From IMG/VR virus record IMGVR_UViG_3300025364_000003, positions 142,529-206,528 of that record: a DNA stretch of 64,000 nucleotides. One strand, 5' to 3'. Positions 36,858 through 46,221 of the stretch are shown piece after piece. Numbering within the stretch: position 1 is the stretch's first letter; each line of letters begins with the position of its first letter. The translations under genes and the position numbers were made by a program. The notes below the pieces were generated by a model, which was given only the letters and a program-made list of their open reading frames with translations, was not told the origin of the DNA and made no database searches.

Positions 36858-39800
36858 ATGGTTAGCCAAATTTTTAACTTTCCAGGCTTCTTCGATAGAG
36901 AAATCGATCTAACAGCCCAGATTCAGGAGCCAGTAGGCGTTCCAGCTGGTGTAATTGGTGGTGCCGAACGTGGTCCGGCATTCGTCCCATTCACTGTTGG
37001 ATCATTTGCTGATTTCCGAACTCGCTTCGGCGATCTAAATCCAAGATATGCTGCGCCATACGCAGTCGATAGATTCCTGGAAAACAGGACAGCACTTACC
37101 TTCATCAGAATTCTTGGTGCGGGTGCCAATGAGACGTCAAGTGATATCGAGACAACTCGTTTGCAAGGAACAGTCAAAAATGCTGGATTCCGTCTAAGTG
37201 GAACTCTCAGTTCCGTTAACCCAGCTACTACTAATGGTGCTGTTCAATTCCTCGTCGCTCGCCACGTTGTTACTGCTTCAGAAGCACTCGGAATGCCGAT
37301 GTTTTCTGACAATAATTCACTTCTTACCTCGGGTTCGAACGACGAGGTTTACCTTACTCGTGGTGTTATTTTCGCTGCGTCAGGTACTCGAATTCAAATT
37401 CTAAATGGAGATGACAGCAACGAGCAGTACAGCAGCTTTGTTGATGACGTTGCAACTGTAAACTCTGCAAGCAGAGAATTCAAAATTGTTATTTCTTCAT
37501 CGGCTGGTGCGTCGTTTGGCAATGACGACGGATTCCCTGGCGTTAGAATTCTAACCGCTTCTCTGAATCCAAGTTCTGATAACTACTTTGCCAAGCTGAT
37601 GAATACTGATCCAGAAAGGTTCAGCGACGAAAAACATGTGGTCTATGCTGATTATGCAGTCGATGCCGAACTCGCAAATGTTGGCACTGGAAGCGGCGAT
37701 GTTGCTATTGCAAGCGGTAGCATTAACACTTCTTCTACTTCTGGCAACACCTCTCTTCCATTCCTAGAGGCGTTCGGTCGTTTTGACACCAGATTCACAA
37801 CTCCAAAAACACCTTGGTTTATCTCGCAACCATATGGCAAAACTGAGTATGACCTCTTTTACATTGAAGCTGTTGATGATGGCGCATACGCAAATCAGCG
37901 TTTCAAGATTTCTATCACCAATCTTCTCAAGTCTTCAAATGTTCGTGATAAACACGGAACTTTCACACTTGTTGTAAGAACATTTGATGATACAGATGCC
38001 GAACCACAGATTCTTGAGCAGTTCAACAACCTTTCTCTTGATCCGGATTCGGACAACTACATTGCTAAGGTTATTGGAGATAAGCGTGCTCGCTTCAACT
38101 TTGACGCTGAAGCTGAAGAAGATCGTCGCCTTCTCACCACTGGCAAGTTTGAAAACAGAAGCCGATACATTCGAGTATTTGTTTCTGACCAGGTAGCACA
38201 AAAGAAGATTCCTGAAGATGCTGTTCCATTCGGCTTCCGAGGAACTGCTCCATTGAGCACCAACTCACTTCTTTCTGATACTGCTGGGTCGGCGGCCCTA
38301 GCAAGACTTGCTTTGTCGGGTGCAACTGATCCACGTCTTGCGTGGTCTATAGTACCTCCTCTTCCATACCGTTATAAGGTAACAAGAGGAAATGCAGCAA
38401 CCAATCCGGGTTTCGAAGGTGCTCCAGGAGCAACCGAATTAACTGATGCACGTTATTTTTGGGGGGTCAAGACTTCTAGAAACACCAACGCACTGAATCC
38501 AAACATTGTCAATCTTCCAAACCAGTTGGTCAACAGCTACACTAAGTTTGCAGGTATTGAAAAACTTGATGTACTTGTTACAGGTTCAGCTAAAGATGAT
38601 TTCAACAACAATAAGTTTACGCTTGCTCGTGTTGCGCTAGGAAATGCATCACTCAATGATGTTACATCATCAGCCGCAATCCACATGAAAGAAGCTGCTT
38701 ATCTTCGTAACAGAACGCCAGATGGGTTCGAATACAAGATAACTGATGAAATTTCTGGTCTGGATAGAATTACATTTGCCACCCTTTACCAAAAGGGCAC
38801 GTCTGCTGCCGACTTCAACAAGTTCACCAACTTTGCAAAGTTTACCTCTATTCTATATGGTGGTTTCGATGGCGTCAACATTCTTGATAAGAATGCAGCT
38901 ACATTTAATGACCGTTCCACTTCAACAGAAACTGCTGGAAGCGAGGTTGGAAATGCAGCATCTACTTTCACTTCACCTGGACTTAACGAGAACGTAAACG
39001 GATTTGGTACTTCAAACCAGACTGTTTTCGCTTATCGAAGAGCTTCAGAGATTATCACTGATGCAATCGCATCTAACATCAATCTGCTTACTATTCCAGG
39101 TCAGCGTGATCCGTTGGTCACAGACTTTGCTGCTGATGAAGTTCGTGACTTTGGTCTTGCTTTCTATGCCATGGATTTACCAGCATATGACTCTGATGGT
39201 AACAGAATTTGGGACAATCAAACTTCAAGATTTATCGACATCGAACAGACTGCAAATAACTTTGAGCAGCGTGCTCTTGACAATGAGTTTGCAGGTGCTT
39301 ACTTCCCAGATTTCGTACTTGAGGATGATGTAAACAGGCGCAGAGTAACCGTTCCAGCTTCTGTTGGAGCACTTGCAGCACTTGGATTCAATGACCGTGT
39401 TGCTTATCCTTGGTTCGCACCAGCAGGCTTCAACAGAGCAGCTCTTGATTTTGTACAGCTTACAAAGACAAGAATTAAGCAACCAGAACGTGAACGTCTT
39501 TTTGACATTCACATTAACCCAATCGTCAAATTCCCTGGCGAATCTGGTTTCGTAATCTTCGCACAAAACACGCTTGAACAAGCCGAGTCTGCGCTCGGCA
39601 GTATCAATGTTGTTCGAATGTTGAATGAACTCAAGCGCAGGATAATCGAGATTGGCAACCGAGCAATCTTCGAACAGATTACTCCGGAAATTTACACTGA
39701 ACTTGATAGGAGATTCCGCAGCGTTCTTAACCTCATTTCGGCTCGTGCTGGTATTGAGAGATTTGATGTCATCGTTGATGGCAGAAACAATACAAACCTT

Positions 39801-39917
39801 GATCGTGAGAACAATAGAGTCAATGCTCGAATTGTGCTCGTTCCAACGAGGGCGGTTGAGTTCATTGCAATTGACTTCATCATTACTAGAAGCGGCGTGT
39901 CGTTCGATGCCGTATAA
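36858..39917 (+). CDS. gp18: Contractile tail sheath protein 1
   Basis: FPGFFDREIDL, GAERGPAFVP, WFAPAGFNR, INPIVKFPG..VIFAQ.TL, INVVRML, PTRAVEFIAIDF. Confidence 0.92.
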   Translation: MVSQIFNFPGFFDREIDLTAQIQEPVGVPAGVIGGAERGPAFVPFTVGSFADFRTRFGDLNPRYAAPYAVDRFLENRTALTFIRILGAGANETSSDIETTRLQGTVKNAGFRLSGTLSSVNPATTNGAVQFLVARHVVTASEALGMPMFSDNNSLLTSGSNDEVYLTRGVIFAASGTRIQILNGDDSNEQYSSFVDDVATVNSASREFKIVISSSAGASFGNDDGFPGVRILTASLNPSSDNYFAKLMNTDPERFSDEKHVVYADYAVDAELANVGTGSGDVAIASGSINTSSTSGNTSLPFLEAFGRFDTRFTTPKTPWFISQPYGKTEYDLFYIEAVDDGAYANQRFKISITNLLKSSNVRDKHGTFTLVVRTFDDTDAEPQILEQFNNLSLDPDSDNYIAKVIGDKRARFNFDAEAEEDRRLLTTGKFENRSRYIRVFVSDQVAQKKIPEDAVPFGFRGTAPLSTNSLLSDTAGSAALARLALSGATDPRLAWSIVPPLPYRYKVTRGNAATNPGFEGAPGATELTDARYFWGVKTSRNTNALNPNIVNLPNQLVNSYTKFAGIEKLDVLVTGSAKDDFNNNKFTLARVALGNASLNDVTSSAAIHMKEAAYLRNRTPDGFEYKITDEISGLDRITFATLYQKGTSAADFNKFTNFAKFTSILYGGFDGVNILDKNAATFNDRSTSTETAGSEVGNAASTFTSPGLNENVNGFGTSNQTVFAYRRASEIITDAIASNINLLTIPGQRDPLVTDFAADEVRDFGLAFYAMDLPAYDSDGNRIWDNQTSRFIDIEQTANNFEQRALDNEFAGAYFPDFVLEDDVNRRRVTVPASVGALAALGFNDRVAYPWFAPAGFNRAALDFVQLTKTRIKQPERERLFDIHINPIVKFPGESGFVIFAQNTLEQAESALGSINVVRMLNELKRRIIEIGNRAIFEQITPEIYTELDRRFRSVLNLISARAGIERFDVIVDGRNNTNLDRENNRVNARIVLVPTRAVEFIAIDFIITRSGVSFDAV

Positions 39918-39973
39918 GATGAGCCAGGCAAATAGTTACATAGAAAGATTAGTCGACTAATCGGAGAGAATTC

Positions 39974-42900
39974 ATGACTCAAATTAATTTCAAAAGTGCA
40001 GGAGTTTCAGCCAGGGTTATCAACCTTACTGGCCCAACAGCAATTCAACCTGTTGGAATCCCAGCTGGTGTGATCGGAACTGCTGTAAAGGGACCTGCAT
40101 TTGTTCCTGTAACTTTTGCAACAACGCAGGACTTTACGGTTGTATTCGGACTTCCAGAAGACAACAAGGCAAATGGACCACTTGCTGTGGGCGAGTGGCT
40201 TCGTAATAGACAAGCAGCAACTTACCTTAGGGTTCTTGGTGCTGGTCAAGCCAAGAGAAGAGAACAATCTGGAGAGAATCAGGGTAAAGTTCAGGGTGCA
40301 GGTTTTGTTGTTGGTGACGAACAGCCACAAGCTGGTGGAGCATTGGATAACAACATGTACGCCAATGAAGGGGGACCTCTAGGGCGTTTGTATTTCCTAA
40401 ACACCTTTATGTCAGAAGCAAACGGTTCGGGTTTTCTTACTGACGCTGGTCTCCCTGGTGAGGGAACGCCAATCGTTAGGGCAGTTCTTTTAGCTGCTTC
40501 CGGTGTTATCATCACCCTTTCTTCGTCACTTTCTGCATCGACAATGGTTCCAGGAGCAGCTCCAGCGTCAAACCTTGTTGCCACAGAAGAAAATAAGAGC
40601 GGTTCATTCCTAGGCTCCGTCAACCTCTCCGGCGGCAGACAGGAATTTGTGATGTTCTTGAATGGTCACAAGGGAACTGATCCTCTATTTCCCAATGTCA
40701 TTACTGCATCTTTTGATGTTGACGCACCAAATTACCTTGGCAGTGCCCTTAACACCGATCCTTTCAACCTTGAAAAGGCAGGTTACTTGCTTTATGCCGA
40801 TTACTCGGTTCATCCAAACCTTGCAACCGTTACTGGTTCTTCTGTGGTCGATACCACTACTGATGAAGTTGTAGGTGGAGGTTTGGCAGCTGGATTTGAA
40901 CCAATCGCATTCTTGGCAACTGGTTCATTGTCTCGAAACTCCGGCTCAACCGTAGTACCAAGTTATGAAAACTGGGAAGATAGATACACTACGCCAAAAT
41001 CACCTTGGATTGTTTCACAGAGGCTTGGCGGCAAGCCAAGAAATCTCTTCAGAATTCATCTTTTGGATGACGGTGCTTGGGGCAACGATCAGGTCAAATG
41101 GTCTGTTGAAAACATTGTTCCGGCAATCAATGATGTAAACCCTTATGGAACTTTCGACCTTCTCATCCGTCGTTTCAACGACATCGATAAGAAACGTGAG
41201 GCAACTGAGGCTTGGAGAGGGCTTTCACTCAATCCAAGCTCCGACAATTACATTGCTAGAGTGATTGGTGACCTCAACACCTTCTACAACTTTGATGCTG
41301 CCGAAGGTAACCAGAAGATTCAAACTACTGGCGAGTATCCAAACCAGTCCAAGGTTATCAGAGTAGAAGTCTCGCCAGACGTTGAAAACGTTGAGTTGGA
41401 TGCTTCGGCTCTTCCGCTTGGTTTCAGAGGAATTCCACACTTGGTAACCTCGGGAACTGCACCATTGGCTCCATTAGGCGAAGCACTTGCAGACAGCGTT
41501 CTTATTACTGGCTCTTCTGATCCAGCTCACAATGTCGTACAGATGCCAGTTCAGTTCCGCAGAAGCCTTAACCTTGGTTCGGTTACCAGCCGTCGTGTAG
41601 ACAAGGGCCTCTATTGGGGTATTCAGTTTACTCGTCAGCTTTCAGTTGAAGAGCCAAACTCAACAACCGAGCCAGAAAGAACTATTGCCAACTTCACCAA
41701 GTTCTTCCCTAAGCATCAGACTGATTGGTTGAATGTTGTCGTCAGCGACAATGAAGGAGTGGCAGATGCGGCAGAAACCGGTATTCTTGATGCGGATAGG
41801 TTCAATAACAACCTATTCTCTCTTGAGAACATCAGGATCGTAAGAGATCCGATCACGAATCTTGCTGACACTACCCAGCTTGTAAGTTGGAGTTATGTAA
41901 GAGCCGGAAACGTAGCTACCTCTGGTTCGGTTAGAGCATTGACAGCTGACGATTTGTCGGATTCATCTGTAAGGCAGGTTGCTAAGTTCAGCGGAATTAT
42001 CCAGGGCGGATTTGATGGTGTTAGAATCTTTGATGAAGACACTGCCAATCTTACCAACCTCGCAATTATCGAAGAAATGGACAACACAAACAGGGGAGTG
42101 TCGAATGGTCCTACCGTAAAGGCTTATGATACCGCTTTGGATATCATTGCCGACGACACCGAAACTGATATCCAACTTCTTACCATCCCAGGAATTAGAC
42201 ATCCACAGATCACCGATGACGCTCTACAGCTTATCGAGGAAAGATTTGATGCAATGTACATCATGGATCTTCCAGAGTATGACACCACAAATCAACTCGT
42301 TACTGCTTCCTCACAGGATTTGAGCGTTAGATTTACCGCAAATCAGCACCGTGATCGAGGTTTGAACACTTCCTTCGGAGCAGCTTACTTCCCAGACGTA
42401 ATCTTGAGGGATACACTCAACAACACTATTCGACAGGTTCCGCCTTCGGTTGCTGTTCTTGGTGCATTCGGTCTCAATGATGCAGTCGGATTCCCATGGT
42501 TTGCCCCAGCAGGTTTTGCACGTGGCGCCCTACAGACAACTGAAGAATCTACGCTTCCATTGTCCCGTGACAACATGGATGCGCTTCAAGATGTCAAGAT
42601 TAACCCACTTGTATCCTTTGCAGGATCGGATGGTGTTGTAGTCTGGGGTCAGCGTACTCTACTTGCTCGTGATTCTGCACTTGAGAGAGTCAATGTACGT
42701 AGACTTCTCATTCAACTTAGAAGAGATGTTCGCCGTGTTGCTCGACGCTTCGTATTCGAACCTGGTCGTGCCGAAACGCTTGCAAGATTTTCTCAGTTGG
42801 TAAACCCAATCTTGAAGAGGGTGCAGGACCAGAGAGGCGTGGAGAGATTCCTTGTAAGAATTGACACCACAACTACTACACAAGCCGACATTGAAAACAG

Positions 42901-43003
42901 AACGGTTCGTGGAAAGATTTTCCTTGTTCCAACCAGAACTTTGGAATTCTTGTCCATCGACTTCGTCGTTACCAATCAAGGCAATTTCGTTTCATCGCAA
43001 TAA
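39974..43003 (+). CDS. gp18: Contractile tail sheath protein 2
   Basis: SAGVSARVINL, GTAVKGPAFVP, WFAPAGFARG, INPLVSF..GVVVWGQRTL, VNVRRLL, PTRTLEFLSIDF. Confidence 0.92.
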   Translation: MTQINFKSAGVSARVINLTGPTAIQPVGIPAGVIGTAVKGPAFVPVTFATTQDFTVVFGLPEDNKANGPLAVGEWLRNRQAATYLRVLGAGQAKRREQSGENQGKVQGAGFVVGDEQPQAGGALDNNMYANEGGPLGRLYFLNTFMSEANGSGFLTDAGLPGEGTPIVRAVLLAASGVIITLSSSLSASTMVPGAAPASNLVATEENKSGSFLGSVNLSGGRQEFVMFLNGHKGTDPLFPNVITASFDVDAPNYLGSALNTDPFNLEKAGYLLYADYSVHPNLATVTGSSVVDTTTDEVVGGGLAAGFEPIAFLATGSLSRNSGSTVVPSYENWEDRYTTPKSPWIVSQRLGGKPRNLFRIHLLDDGAWGNDQVKWSVENIVPAINDVNPYGTFDLLIRRFNDIDKKREATEAWRGLSLNPSSDNYIARVIGDLNTFYNFDAAEGNQKIQTTGEYPNQSKVIRVEVSPDVENVELDASALPLGFRGIPHLVTSGTAPLAPLGEALADSVLITGSSDPAHNVVQMPVQFRRSLNLGSVTSRRVDKGLYWGIQFTRQLSVEEPNSTTEPERTIANFTKFFPKHQTDWLNVVVSDNEGVADAAETGILDADRFNNNLFSLENIRIVRDPITNLADTTQLVSWSYVRAGNVATSGSVRALTADDLSDSSVRQVAKFSGIIQGGFDGVRIFDEDTANLTNLAIIEEMDNTNRGVSNGPTVKAYDTALDIIADDTETDIQLLTIPGIRHPQITDDALQLIEERFDAMYIMDLPEYDTTNQLVTASSQDLSVRFTANQHRDRGLNTSFGAAYFPDVILRDTLNNTIRQVPPSVAVLGAFGLNDAVGFPWFAPAGFARGALQTTEESTLPLSRDNMDALQDVKINPLVSFAGSDGVVVWGQRTLLARDSALERVNVRRLLIQLRRDVRRVARRFVFEPGRAETLARFSQLVNPILKRVQDQRGVERFLVRIDTTTTTQADIENRTVRGKIFLVPTRTLEFLSIDFVVTNQGNFVSSQ

Positions 43004-43035
43004 TTGAATAAATTTCCCCATAAGAGAGGTAAATA

Positions 43036-43140
43036 ATGAAGGGTCTACTCCACCGTTTAATAAATCTTTTCAACTCTGAGCACTGTTGCTGCTGTTGTGG
43101 CTGCTGTCAGTGCCGGAACTGCAAGGGCAGCTGTAAGTGA
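43036..43140 (+). CDS. 34-aa Cys-rich peptide (metallothionein-like composition), not in ORF track
   Basis: AGAGAGGT SD; MKGLLHRLINLFNSEHCCCCCGCCQCRNCKGSCK; TGA stop overlaps the GTG start of the next gene. Confidence 0.7.
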   Translation: MKGLLHRLINLFNSEHCCCCCGCCQCRNCKGSCK

Positions 43141-43991
43141 ATGATAGGGATAGAATACAAGGATTCATTTCTGACTTAGTCAAAGAAGAATTGACTGAGG
43201 TATCTCCTGTATTTTATCCCACAATCAAAAAGGGAATAGAAGCTGGCCGTGAGGCTTCTCGTAGACAGGCTTCGGCCTACAGGGGAAGGCACGGCCAAAC
43301 CTTTTCTGATGAACTTGCTCAAATACGTCGAGATTCCAAGCGTAAAAGGGATAGGCATCATAAGATGCTGTCGCTTTCCAAGCATCTGAAAAAAGTTTTC
43401 GGAAATAATGCATATGGTGGCTCTGCACTTGCCACTGTAGAAATTTCTAACGATTTTAAAGCTGATGTTAAAGCTGAATTTGTGAGCGTTATGGGAATTG
43501 ATAATGTCAAGTTTGTAGTTTCAATAAAGAAAAACGGCAAAGAAATTCTTACCAAAGAATTTGTTGCTGGATTAGGGGCAAAACAAAGTGTAGCAAGGTT
43601 CATTAAGAAATTTCAGGAAAAATTGCAAGAGGATGCAGCAATGAAGGTTACGAAAGCGCAACTAAAAGAAATGGTCCGCAAGATCATTAGAAAAAAATTA
43701 ACAGAAATGGATCTTGGTGAAAAAAGTCGATCTACTACAGGGGCTGACAGGAGGATGAGTCCATCTCAACTTGAAAAGCATCTTGAAAAGGAAAGAGAAA
43801 GATCAAAACAAGCCAAGGTTGTTAAAAAACGACAAGCAATGAAGCAATCGGCTCGTGGTATGGAATTAGAGAGTCGCATAGATATTGATCGAGATGTTGA
43901 CAACGAAGAAATGGTTGATGCTAAAGAAGAAGAATATCTTACCAAGCTCGAAAAGTTAATTCTTCAAAGTGAAAAGGAAGGGCTTTGCTAA
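43137..43991 (+). CDS. Hypothetical protein with two leader-like helices (putative internal head protein)
   Basis: IQGFISDLVKEELTE at the N-terminus; MKVTKAQLKEMVRKIIRKKLTE from 43641. Confidence 0.65.
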   Translation: MNDRDRIQGFISDLVKEELTEVSPVFYPTIKKGIEAGREASRRQASAYRGRHGQTFSDELAQIRRDSKRKRDRHHKMLSLSKHLKKVFGNNAYGGSALATVEISNDFKADVKAEFVSVMGIDNVKFVVSIKKNGKEILTKEFVAGLGAKQSVARFIKKFQEKLQEDAAMKVTKAQLKEMVRKIIRKKLTEMDLGEKSRSTTGADRRMSPSQLEKHLEKERERSKQAKVVKKRQAMKQSARGMELESRIDIDRDVDNEEMVDAKEEEYLTKLEKLILQSEKEGLC

Positions 43992-43992
43992 A

Positions 43993-44550
43993 ATGACTAC
44001 TATAAAACAAATAATTGAAGAAGCTGTCAAGGAAGCACTTGACCCAGTTGGGAAAACTGAAACGGGGAAAAAGGTAGGGGTCGGTCAAATTCGTGACATC
44101 GACAACGATGGTGATATTGATAGTTCTGATGCGTATCTTGCATATCGTCGAAAAAAAATTACACAGGCAATGAAAAAAGAAGATCGTGAACTCAATGAAA
44201 AAACAATGACTTGGGGTGATCTTCCATCGGAAGATGTTTTTGAAGATTTAATGGATGGCAAAGCTTTCAACATGAAACTTCAGGGTGCCGACTCTCTTGC
44301 GTTTGAATATGCCATGACTCTATCTGATAATCCAGGAGCGGGAAGTACAGCATCTGCGGGCAGTCTTAGAGCTACCATAGAAGCCCTTATCAACGCTCCA
44401 GAGCCAGACGAACTTTCTGATGACCAATACGAAGAGGTTGAAAATGTTCTTGACGAATGGAACGACAGATACGGGGATGTGAGCATTGAAGAAACTGCGT
44501 GGTCTTTGGCTTCTGGTATTATGGAAGTCCTTGGAATTGAATGGATTTGA
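43993..44550 (+). CDS. Hypothetical protein with DxDxDG EF-hand-like loop
   Basis: MTTIKQIIEEAVKEAL leader; DIDNDGDIDSSDAYL. Confidence 0.65.
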   Translation: MTTIKQIIEEAVKEALDPVGKTETGKKVGVGQIRDIDNDGDIDSSDAYLAYRRKKITQAMKKEDRELNEKTMTWGDLPSEDVFEDLMDGKAFNMKLQGADSLAFEYAMTLSDNPGAGSTASAGSLRATIEALINAPEPDELSDDQYEEVENVLDEWNDRYGDVSIEETAWSLASGIMEVLGIEWI

Positions 44551-44559
44551 TAGAGTAAA

Positions 44560-45054
44560 ATGCCAAAGAGTAAATATCCAAAAAGCGTACAAGATCTACC
44601 AGAAGACGACTACAGTCAGTGGACGGCAGTTTATCACAGTGCACGTGACGGGGGCGACAGCAAAGAAACCGCAGCAAAAAAAGCTTGGGGTGCTGTTAAG
44701 GAATCCGGCTTGCAAGAAAGTGGTGAAGATAATCCATGCTGGGATGGTTACGAAATGGTCGGTATGAAAACCCAAAACGGGAAAGAAGTACCTAACTGCG
44801 TTCCGAAAAATGAATCAAAAAAACCTGTACGTATTTCAAAAACGCAGCTTAAAGAAATGGTAAAGCGGGCCGTTAGAAATCAATTACAAGAGGCTTCCAC
44901 TGTTCGAAAGCGTCAAATGATACTTGATCGGTTTAGAACCGAAGCAAACCTTTCAACTTATGAATTGCTAGAAGACGTCCTTGAATTCATTGATGAAAAG
45001 ACTTGGCAGAAAGTATTGCAGGGCATTGGTAACAAATATGGTTATCGACTTTAA
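44560..45054 (+). CDS. ChaB-like domain fused to a PCWxGY..VPNCVP module
   Basis: YPKSVQDLPE...YHSA...ETAAKKAWGAVK; PCWDGYEMVGMK..GKEVPNCVP; RISKTQLKEMVKRAVRNQLQE. Confidence 0.65.
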   Translation: MPKSKYPKSVQDLPEDDYSQWTAVYHSARDGGDSKETAAKKAWGAVKESGLQESGEDNPCWDGYEMVGMKTQNGKEVPNCVPKNESKKPVRISKTQLKEMVKRAVRNQLQEASTVRKRQMILDRFRTEANLSTYELLEDVLEFIDEKTWQKVLQGIGNKYGYRL

Positions 45055-45126
45055 CAGAATAAAACAAAGACATAATAAATGAGCAGAATAATTTACCTAT
45101 AGAGCCTTTATACGGGAACAGGTAAA

Positions 45127-45618
45127 ATGAAGCTTAATAGAACACAATTCAAGAAAATTTTAAAAGAGTGCATCAGAGAATTAATAACAGAAGGTGCATT
45201 TGACAATGTAATCAAAGAAAATGTTCAACCAGTTGCTGCAACAGCTAGGGTTGCTCCAAATGATTTTGTAGGACAGGTTACTAAAAATTCTACCACGGCG
45301 CAACCACCATTCTCTTCTGTTGGTCATATGACACCAAATGAAAGACTTAGGGAACTTTCTCGTATTGCAGCTATGCAGACCGCTCAAGGTGACCCAAAAC
45401 AAGCTGCAATGATGGAAAGTATTTTTGCAGACACGGCAATGACGACCCTACAATCGCAACTTGGAACAGAAATGGGCGGCGGAGGTGGTGTTTATCTCGG
45501 CGAACAAGCAAGTCCAGAGGTAGAACAGATTGATCAGGCCCAACTAAATGCTCTTAGTGGCGACCGTCCAAAAAATCATTGGGCAGCTTTAGCATTCGGA
45601 AAGTATGAGAATAAGTAA
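45127..45618 (+). CDS. Hypothetical head-associated protein
   Basis: MKLNRTQFKKILKECIRELITE leader; upstream of the scaffold gene. Confidence 0.65.
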   Translation: MKLNRTQFKKILKECIRELITEGAFDNVIKENVQPVAATARVAPNDFVGQVTKNSTTAQPPFSSVGHMTPNERLRELSRIAAMQTAQGDPKQAAMMESIFADTAMTTLQSQLGTEMGGGGGVYLGEQASPEVEQIDQAQLNALSGDRPKNHWAALAFGKYENK

Positions 45619-45672
45619 AAGTTTTTAGTGACGTAATATTTAGTAAGCAGATAGTAAGCAAGGAAACAAGCA

Positions 45673-46203
45673 ATGCCATTCGAACAATTCAAAGTTGATG
45701 TCCCATCCACTACCCGTGGAAACGGTTCTTCTGATACCGAATCACTACAAACTGCACACCCAGGTTCTCCAATTTACCGTAATGAAATTAACGATGCTCT
45801 ATTGGAGGAACAGGCTAATTCAGTTTTGATTGGTCCGCTTGATGCTTCAGACCCGATCGATTCTGGAAGAGGTACCGATGTTCAGGCAATTGCTTACTGG
45901 GATCTCCCAACAAACTATGGCAGAGATTATGAGCTTGCACCAAATCTCGATGAGGTTGTGGTTGGCGGTGGTGGTCTACCAGGTTCGCCGTATGCTCCAA
46001 ACATCGCAGTTCCAGCCGAAGGTCAAAACCCAGCTGATATTCCAGCAGAAGGCGTTGGTGTAACTCAAGCTGCCCAAGGCGGCGGCGGGCCCTTTGGTGG
46101 AGATGGATTAGCTTCTCCATCCGACACAAGAGAAAACGTTGGTCGTCAAACCATTGGCTCTCTTGGTCTTGGCACCTCGACTCCTTCTGGTGGTGGCGCC
46201 TAA
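45673..46203 (+). CDS. Hypothetical G/P-rich protein
   Basis: 176 aa, directly upstream of the scaffold gene. Confidence 0.6.
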   Translation: MPFEQFKVDVPSTTRGNGSSDTESLQTAHPGSPIYRNEINDALLEEQANSVLIGPLDASDPIDSGRGTDVQAIAYWDLPTNYGRDYELAPNLDEVVVGGGGLPGSPYAPNIAVPAEGQNPADIPAEGVGVTQAAQGGGGPFGGDGLASPSDTRENVGRQTIGSLGLGTSTPSGGGA

Positions 46204-46221
46204 TTCACTTAAGGAAATAGA

